From NCBI GenBank assembly GCA_945952415.1, contig CAMFIF010000020.1:3695-67694 (forward strand): DNA of 64,000 nucleotides. The letters are read 5' to 3'. Position 1 is the first letter of the stretch; each line of letters opens with the position of its first letter. A model generated the notes under the pieces. The model saw only the letters and a list, made by a program, of their open reading frames with translations. It had not been told where the DNA came from and searched no databases. The position numbers and the translations under genes are program-made. This DNA comes from an uncultured Rhizobium sp. (GTDB taxonomy: Bacteria > Pseudomonadota > Alphaproteobacteria > Rhizobiales > Rhizobiaceae). Shown one piece after another: positions 57,868 through 64,000 of this stretch.

Positions 57868-59673
57868 TCAGTTGAAGCGGGCGGGGTCGATATTGGTGAT
57901 CTTGGTGGTGAAGCCGCCGGCGGCGGGGGCTTCGGCCTGTTCGCGCATGGCAAGGCTCATCAGGCGCGGGGCCTTTACCTGCCGCGAGGGATCGCTGGCA
58001 TGGGCATTGTTGAGCGCCCACTTGGCCAGCATGTCCCCGGTCAGGGCCTTCTGGCTCTTGGCGGCAACGGCTGCGTCCTTGGCGGTTGGCCGGCCGGCGC
58101 GCACGGGCAGGCCCTGGGCGATCGGCGTTGCGGCTGCGGGTTCCTCGGCGGTCACGGCCGGCTGGTCGAAGCTGTCGCCGAAGTTCGGAGACTGGGCATA
58201 GGGATGCCCTTCGAGCGAGGCCACCTCTTCCTCGTCCTCACCTTCATCCGTCGTGTAGGCTTCCTCGCCGGTCTTCGCCTCGGGCGTTTCGGTGCCCACG
58301 GCAGGGGCGGCGGCAGCTTCCGGCACGGTGGCAATCGGACCACCCTTGGCGGCAACGGCGCCATTTTCGAGCGCGGCCGCGGCATCGGGCGAAAGGGCAG
58401 CCACTTCCTGCTCGTCGGCAGCGGCCTCTTCAGACCCTTCGGCCTTGGCAAGCAGCGCCTCCGCACCCGAAGGACGGCTGACCGGCACCGGCACATCGGC
58501 CAGCTCCTGCGGCTGCTCTTCCGGCGTCAGGGCCGCCGTTTCCATCTCGGGCTGGGCATCGCCATTCTGCAGGCGCTTGCCGAGCAGGGTCGGAACCGGA
58601 ATGTTGTAGGCCTGGAGATCGGGGAAATTATCCCCCTCCGCCGGCTGCGGCATGGAGGCGGCGGCAAGAGCCGCGGCCGCCGAATTCTGCTGCGGTTCCA
58701 TGAGGGCGGCGGCCACACCGCTATTGCCCACCTGATCATTATAGGCCGGACGGCCGAGCGGGATCGGCGCATTGATGTCGTTGGACGGTGCCTCGCCCGC
58801 GGCCGCGAGAATCGGCTGCGTCTCGGTCGGGTTTGTCAGCACCTGCTGCTTGCGGGGCGGCGGTTCGGCCGAAGCGACGGCCGTGGTTTCGGAAGCGGAA
58901 TTATCCTCCTCCTCGTCAGCCCCACCGCCGAACAGGAAGGCGAGCAGGCCCTTCTTCTTCGAGCCGCCCGTATCGGCAATCTCGATATGGGAAGAACCCA
59001 CGCGGCGCTTGTAGTCGGCCATGGCTTCCTGATAGCCCGGCAGCGGTTTGCCGTCGGCGGGGATATGCAGGGTGCGGCCATCGGGGAAGAGGCGCACCAG
59101 TTCCTGCCGGCTCATGCGCGGCCAGGCGCGCACATTGCCCACATCCATATGCACGAAGGGCGAACCGGAACGGGGATAGAAGCCCACGCCGCCCACCTGC
59201 ATCTTCATGCCGATTTCGCGCAGCTTAGCGAGCTTCACGTCTGGAATGAAGAAATCCATGGCCTTGCCGAGGATATGCTGGCTCTTTTCGGCCACGCCCT
59301 TGGTGCGCGAACGCAGCATGGAATTGGTTTCCGGCGAGCGGAAGCCGCAGACCACGTTGATATAGGTGTTGGAACCGCTCTTCCGGTAGACTTCCCAGAT
59401 AAGGTCGAACAGCCGGGGATCCATCTTGGTCGGCTGGTTGCGCCGCCAGTCGCGCAGGAAGCGATTGAGCTGCTGCAGCCCCTGGCGATCATAAACGCCG
59501 TTGCGCTTGAAGGTGATAACGGCCTTTTCGCCCGTATGGACGAAATAGAGCTTCAGGCTGCGGGTCTCTGCCCGGGCATCCGCCTGGGAACCCAGAAGAA
59601 CCGGCACGGCCAGGGCACCGAGAAGCATCCCCGTCCCCATCAGGCGGGCGATACGGCGGGTCACGCGGGCCAT
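57868..59673 (-). CDS. DUF882 (peptidase M15A, YcbK/MepK-like) protein with ~370-aa low-complexity C-terminal extension
   Basis: Twin-Arg-like signal MARVTRRIARLMGTGMLLGALAVP. DUF882 core LKLYFVHTGEK...CGFRSPETN...SQHILGKAMDF...GVGFYPRSGSPFVHMDVG. An Ala/Glu/Pro-rich tail follows. Confidence 0.85.
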   Translation of the reverse strand: MARVTRRIARLMGTGMLLGALAVPVLLGSQADARAETRSLKLYFVHTGEKAVITFKRNGVYDRQGLQQLNRFLRDWRRNQPTKMDPRLFDLIWEVYRKSGSNTYINVVCGFRSPETNSMLRSRTKGVAEKSQHILGKAMDFFIPDVKLAKLREIGMKMQVGGVGFYPRSGSPFVHMDVGNVRAWPRMSRQELVRLFPDGRTLHIPADGKPLPGYQEAMADYKRRVGSSHIEIADTGGSKKKGLLAFLFGGGADEEEDNSASETTAVASAEPPPRKQQVLTNPTETQPILAAAGEAPSNDINAPIPLGRPAYNDQVGNSGVAAALMEPQQNSAAAALAAASMPQPAEGDNFPDLQAYNIPVPTLLGKRLQNGDAQPEMETAALTPEEQPQELADVPVPVSRPSGAEALLAKAEGSEEAAADEQEVAALSPDAAAALENGAVAAKGGPIATVPEAAAAPAVGTETPEAKTGEEAYTTDEGEDEEEVASLEGHPYAQSPNFGDSFDQPAVTAEEPAAATPIAQGLPVRAGRPTAKDAAVAAKSQKALTGDMLAKWALNNAHASDPSRQVKAPRLMSLAMREQAEAPAAGGFTTKITNIDPARFN

Positions 59674-59982
59674 GAGGCCGCGTTCGTCGCCCGTCTGCCT
59701 GCCGGATTTTTCGAAATCGCTGTGCAACTCTTACCCCGTCCCACGTGCCTGATTGCGCGTGCTGCTCCAGATCACCTGTAATTGCGGTCGAACAATGGCA
59801 AATTTGCCACAGTTAGACAACCTCTTCATACATAGTGAACAAGTGACTAACAAGATCTTTACAGATGGTCACAGAATATGCTTGCGCGACAGTTAACACC
59901 CGATCGAGGCCAAATCGGGGTGGCAAGCACAGAGGATGGAGCCGGGCTGGAGCGCTCCCGGCTCTGAAGGGCGGCCGAAGGC

Positions 59983-61494
59983 TCAGGCCGCCGTCTGCAG
60001 GGGATCGTCGGGATTGATCCCGTAATCCTTGAGTTTTCGGTAAAGGGTCGAGCGGCCGATGCCAAGCTTGCGGGCCACTTCGCTCATCTGTCCGCGATAG
60101 AACTTGAGCGCAAAACGGATGAGTTCCTCTTCCACCTCGGAGAGCTTGCGCACCTCACCCTGCGGGCTGGTGCTGGCAATCGTTGCAGAATTCGTCCGCG
60201 GCATGCGCGGTTCTGCCACATCCGGCTCGCGCAGCTGGTCGAGCGGTCGGACCGGACCGGTCTCGGCAAGCTCGAGCCGGGGCGTGCCGGTCAGCGGCGT
60301 CAGATAACCGGGCACCTGCGCGGCAATCTGCGGGAAATCCGCCTCCGTCAGTTCATCACCCTCGGCCAGCACCACGGCGCGGAACATTGCATTTTCCAGC
60401 TGGCGAATATTGCCCGGCCAGTCATAGGCGGTGAGAAGCGCCATGGCCGAGCCGGCAATGCCGAGGCTGCCGCGCCGCTTCTGTTCGGAGGCAAAGCGCT
60501 GCAGGAACACGCGCACGAGATGGGGTATGTCTTCCTTGCGGCGGCGCAGAGCGGGAATGGAAATCGGGAAGACATTCAGCCGGTAATAGAGATCCTCGCG
60601 GAAACGCCCGGCCTTCACCTCCTCGATGAGGTCCTTGTTGGTGGCGGAAATCAGCCGCACATCCACCTTCTGGACCTTGCTTGCCCCAACCGTCTCGATT
60701 TCGCCCTGCTGCACGGCGCGCAGGAGCTTTACCTGCACTTCGAGCGGCAGATCGCCGATTTCGTCGAGGAAAAGCGTGCCGCCATCCGCATCGGCAAACT
60801 TGCCGCTGTGCCGTTCGGTGGCACCGGTGAAGGCACCCTTTTCATGGCCGAAGAGAATGCTCTCCACGAGATTGGGCGGGATCGCGCCGCAATTGACGGT
60901 GATGAAGGGTTTGCCGGCCCGGTCGCTGCCGGCCTGGATCGCCCGGGCGATCAGCTCCTTGCCGACACCCGATTCGCCTTCGAGCACGACCGGAATGTCT
61001 GATGCCGCCGCGCGCTGGGCAAGTTCCAGCACCCGGAGCATGGCAGGGCTTGCCGAAACGATATCGGAAAAACCAACCGCACCGCTGCGACCCCGGCGGC
61101 CAGCGCGGGCGCGGGCCTCCCGCTGGTCCAGTTTCAGCGCATTGGCAATGGCGGTCGCAATCCGCTCCGGCGAAACCGGCTTCACCACGAAATCGAAGGC
61201 GCCGGCGCGCATGGCCTGCACGATCGTGTCGATGCCGCTCTGGCCGGTCTGCACGATGCAGGGAATTTCGATCCCGAGATCGGAAAGCGCCTCGAGAAAC
61301 TGCAGGCCGTCCATCTCGGGCATGAGGAGATCGAGCACCACCACCCGGTATTCCACGGCGGCGGCCTTCAGATATTCGAGGCCGGCCCTGCCGTTTTCGG
61401 CAAGATGCGCAATATGACCATGCCGTTCGATCGCACCCTTCAGAAGGCGGCGCTGGACCGGATCATCATCTACGACGAGAATGTGTGCCGTCAC
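59983..61494 (-). CDS. sigma-54-dependent response regulator (REC - AAA+ - Fis HTH)
   Basis: The REC domain is ILVVDDDPVQRRLL...VVVLDLLMPEMDG. The AAA+ domain has GESGVGKE, GAFTGA (GAFTGA motif) and LFLDEIGDL. The C-terminal HTH is MSEVARKLGIGRSTLYRKLK. GTG start. Confidence 0.9.
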   Translation of the reverse strand: MTAHILVVDDDPVQRRLLKGAIERHGHIAHLAENGRAGLEYLKAAAVEYRVVVLDLLMPEMDGLQFLEALSDLGIEIPCIVQTGQSGIDTIVQAMRAGAFDFVVKPVSPERIATAIANALKLDQREARARAGRRGRSGAVGFSDIVSASPAMLRVLELAQRAAASDIPVVLEGESGVGKELIARAIQAGSDRAGKPFITVNCGAIPPNLVESILFGHEKGAFTGATERHSGKFADADGGTLFLDEIGDLPLEVQVKLLRAVQQGEIETVGASKVQKVDVRLISATNKDLIEEVKAGRFREDLYYRLNVFPISIPALRRRKEDIPHLVRVFLQRFASEQKRRGSLGIAGSAMALLTAYDWPGNIRQLENAMFRAVVLAEGDELTEADFPQIAAQVPGYLTPLTGTPRLELAETGPVRPLDQLREPDVAEPRMPRTNSATIASTSPQGEVRKLSEVEEELIRFALKFYRGQMSEVARKLGIGRSTLYRKLKDYGINPDDPLQTAA

Positions 61495-61727
61495 GTCTGG
61501 CTCTCCAATTTATAGGCATACTCAATCATGATTATTCAGCGCGAACTTGTCAGAGTCGCTTGAACATCTCGTTTTAGGAAAAGCTCGCATTTTAGCGATT
61601 GGCCGCTTTTCGGCACGCTTCCCTCTTTCATCAGGCAACAGCCATCCCTTGCCGCAGGCTCCCCGACGCAATACATCTCGGCTTCTTCACGCGCGGGCCC
61701 GGTGCCCGGCGCGACCACGAAACGAGG

Positions 61728-63578
61728 ATGCCGCCGATGAAAGTTGCCCTTCCCTTCCGCTCCGCCACGGATGCCGCAGCCCGTGATGCGGGTCTCGGGG
61801 ACCTGCCCAGCTGGAAGCTCTCCGATCTCTACCCCTCGGGCAGCGATCCGGCCTTCAAGGCGGATCTCGAAAAGGCGGAAAATCTCGCGCGCGCCTTCGA
61901 GGCACGCTGGAAGGGCAGGCTCGAAGAGGCCGCAGGCAAGGACGCAGACGAAGGCCTGGGCGCCGCCATCGAAGCCTATGAGGCGCTGGACGACCTCATC
62001 GGCAAGATCGCATCCTTTGCCGGCCTCACCTATTTCTCCGACACGACCAATCCGGCGAACGGCAAGCTCTATGGCGACGTGCAGGCCCGCCTGACCGCTC
62101 TTTCGACCCATCTTCTCTTCTTCACGCTGGAGCTGAACCGTATCGATGACGCCGTGATCGATGCGGCAATTGCCCGCGATGCCCGCACCGGCCACTTCAA
62201 GCCCTGGATCGTCGATCTGCGCAAGGACAAGCCCTACCAGCTGGACGACAAGCTGGAGCAGCTCTTCATGGAAAAGGGCATGACCGGGGCTGCCGCCTTC
62301 AACCGCCTGTTCGACGAAACCATGGCTTCGCTGCGATTCGAAATCGGCGGCGAGAAGGTGCCGCTCGAAGTGGCGCTCAACCAGCTGCAGGATCCGGATG
62401 GCGAAAAGCGCAAGGCGGCCGCGCTCGCCCTTGCCGCCACCTTCGGCGAAAACCTGCGCACCTTCACCCTGATCACCAACACGCTCGCCCAGGACAAGCA
62501 GATCTCCGACCGCTGGCGCGGCTTCGAGGATATTGCCGATAGCCGGCATCTTGCCAATCGCGTGGAGCGCGAGGTGGTCGATGCGCTGGCCGCTGCGGTG
62601 AAGGAGGCCTATCCGCGGCTCTCGCACCGCTACTATGCCATGAAGGCAAAATGGCTCGGCATGGACGCCATGAATTTCTGGGACCGCAACGCGCCGCTTC
62701 CTGAAACCGCCAACGAGACGATCTCCTGGAACGAGGCGAAGGAAACGGTGCTTTCCGCCTATGGCGCCTTCGATCCGGAAATGGCCCGCATTGCCGGCCG
62801 CTTCTTCGAGGAAGGCTGGATTGACGCGCCCGTGCGGCCCGGCAAGGCGCCCGGCGCCTTCGCCCACCCGACGGTGCCTTCCGCCCACCCCTATGTGCTC
62901 GTCAACTATCTGGGCAAGCCGCGCGACGTGATGACGCTCGCCCATGAACTCGGCCATGGCGTGCACCAGGTTCTGGCCGCCGGCCAGGGCGCGCTGATGT
63001 GCCAGACGCCGCTGACGCTTGCCGAAACCGCCTCCGTCTTCGGCGAAATGCTGACCTTCCGCGCCCTTCTCGACAAGACGACGGACCGGCGCCAGCGCAA
63101 GGCCATGCTCGCCCAGAAGGTGGAGGACATGATCAACACGGTCGTGCGCCAGATCGCCTTTTACGAATTCGAGCGGCGGCTTCACACGGCCCGCAAGGAA
63201 GGCGAACTGACCTCCGAAGACATTGGCGCGATCTGGATGGCGGTGCAGAGCGAAAGCCTCGGTCCGGCGATCAAGCTTTCCGAAGGCTACGAGACCTACT
63301 GGACCTATATTCCCCACTTCATCCATTCGCCCTTCTATGTCTATGCCTATGCCTTTGGCGATTGCCTGGTAAACTCGCTCTACGCGGTCTATCAAAAGGC
63401 GGAAACGGGCTTCCAGGAGAAGTATTTCGCGCTGCTCAAGGCCGGCGGCACGCGCCACCATTCGGAGCTTCTCGCCCCCTTCGGTCTCGATGCGACCGAT
63501 CCGTCGTTCTGGAACAAGGGCCTGTCGATGATTGAAGGGCTGATCGACGAGCTGGAAGCGCTTGATGGGACAGCCTGA
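61728..63578 (+). CDS. pepF: oligoendopeptidase F (M3B family)
   Basis: Zinc motif LAHELGHGVH and C-terminal FYVYAYAFG. Start is the ATG at 61728 or 61737; the track start at 61599 is over-extended. Confidence 0.9.
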   Translation: MPPMKVALPFRSATDAAARDAGLGDLPSWKLSDLYPSGSDPAFKADLEKAENLARAFEARWKGRLEEAAGKDADEGLGAAIEAYEALDDLIGKIASFAGLTYFSDTTNPANGKLYGDVQARLTALSTHLLFFTLELNRIDDAVIDAAIARDARTGHFKPWIVDLRKDKPYQLDDKLEQLFMEKGMTGAAAFNRLFDETMASLRFEIGGEKVPLEVALNQLQDPDGEKRKAAALALAATFGENLRTFTLITNTLAQDKQISDRWRGFEDIADSRHLANRVEREVVDALAAAVKEAYPRLSHRYYAMKAKWLGMDAMNFWDRNAPLPETANETISWNEAKETVLSAYGAFDPEMARIAGRFFEEGWIDAPVRPGKAPGAFAHPTVPSAHPYVLVNYLGKPRDVMTLAHELGHGVHQVLAAGQGALMCQTPLTLAETASVFGEMLTFRALLDKTTDRRQRKAMLAQKVEDMINTVVRQIAFYEFERRLHTARKEGELTSEDIGAIWMAVQSESLGPAIKLSEGYETYWTYIPHFIHSPFYVYAYAFGDCLVNSLYAVYQKAETGFQEKYFALLKAGGTRHHSELLAPFGLDATDPSFWNKGLSMIEGLIDELEALDGTA

Positions 63579-63675
63579 CGCACTTGCCCGAAAGGGCGGT
63601 TGCGCCAGATGAGAGCGGTTTCATGAGATCGGGACAAGGCGGCATGCGCCTTGTCCGTGGGGCACATATCATACC

Positions 63676-64000
63676 ATGACGAACAGCAACCCTTTTGTCC
63701 TCTTCCGGGACGATACGACAGGGCAGTGCACGGTCTTTTCCGAGCCGGAGGAGATCATTGCCGTGCGTTCGCGCGCGGATTTCTTCCCCGCGCTTGAGCG
63801 CATGGAAGCGGCGCAGAAGGCCGGCAAGTGGCTGGCGGGCGCCCTCTCCTATGAAGCCGGCCATCTTTTCGAGGAGAAGCTTGAGGATTTCGCCGTCGAC
63901 GGGCGGGAAACGCCCTATCTGCAGTTCGGCGTCTTCTCCATGCCGGCGGAGGAAGGCCATCCGCTTGCAAAGCCTGTCCAGCGCGTGGAAAACGAGCCGC
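63676..64000 (+). CDS. pabB: aminodeoxychorismate synthase component I, N-terminal part (cut by window edge)
   Basis: Not in ORF track because there is no stop. My translation is MTNSNPFVLFRDDTTGQCTVFSEPEEIIAVRSRADFFPALERMEAAQKAGKWLAGALSYEAGHLFEEKL..., the pattern of the PabB N-terminal domain in alphaproteobacteria. Confidence 0.6.
   Translation, partial: MTNSNPFVLFRDDTTGQCTVFSEPEEIIAVRSRADFFPALERMEAAQKAGKWLAGALSYEAGHLFEEKLEDFAVDGRETPYLQFGVFSMPAEEGHPLAKPVQRVENEP

Noticed and set aside
59796-59809. TGGCAAATTTGCCA as a sigma-54 (-24/-12) promoter, given the adjacent sigma-54 activator gene.
   Set aside because: The GG-to-GC spacing is about 3 nt shorter than the TGGCAC-N5-TTGC consensus. It is retained only as a generic palindrome finding.

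Overview
This is a high-GC (about 60%) alphaproteobacterial chromosomal core segment. The RuvB, Pal and GlmM N-termini look Rhizobiaceae-like (Agrobacterium/Rhizobium group), but that placement comes from memory, not a search. One long minus-strand block runs ruvC-ruvA-[vapB-vapC]-ruvB-metallophosphoesterase-NUDIX-[low-GC wHTH gene]-ybgC-tolQ-tolR-tolA-tolB-pal-cpoB-tilS-ftsH-glmM, flanked on the left by two Omp25/RopB-family porin genes and serC. The middle holds a chemoreceptor, the glycolytic tkt-gap-[flagellin-like]-pgk cluster, zauP-like/zapA/6S RNA, two 5-formyl-THF cyclo-ligase paralogs, ymdB-like, yebC, an MFS transporter, DUF1192 and rcdA. The right part holds rpmE, an ABC exporter, an FAD oxidoreductase, an orphan MotA/MotB-like pair, a GNAT islet, suhB, purEK, rpmJ, pyk, gapR, a DUF882 peptidase, a sigma-54 response regulator, pepF and the start of pabB. 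I found no rRNA, tRNA, CRISPR array, transposase or integrase. Most long ORFs opposite the called genes are GC-driven antisense shadows. Several real genes are absent from the ORF track: serC and pabB (cut by the window edges), rpmJ, one DUF465 gene and a 51-aa membrane protein. The items most worth follow-up are:
- the orphan stator-like MotA/MotB pair with coiled-coil extensions
- a vapBC cassette wedged exactly between ruvA and ruvB, with its own 13-bp palindrome
- two divergent orphan flagellin paralogs inserted into housekeeping loci
- a tandem ~96-nt intergenic repeat next to rpmE
- a candidate terminator-bounded sRNA upstream of rcdA
- perfect TTAA-N7-TTAA (CtrA-type) boxes upstream of both porin genes and rcdA

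Nothing here is clearly a complete novel multi-gene system. The stator-like pair is the best candidate.
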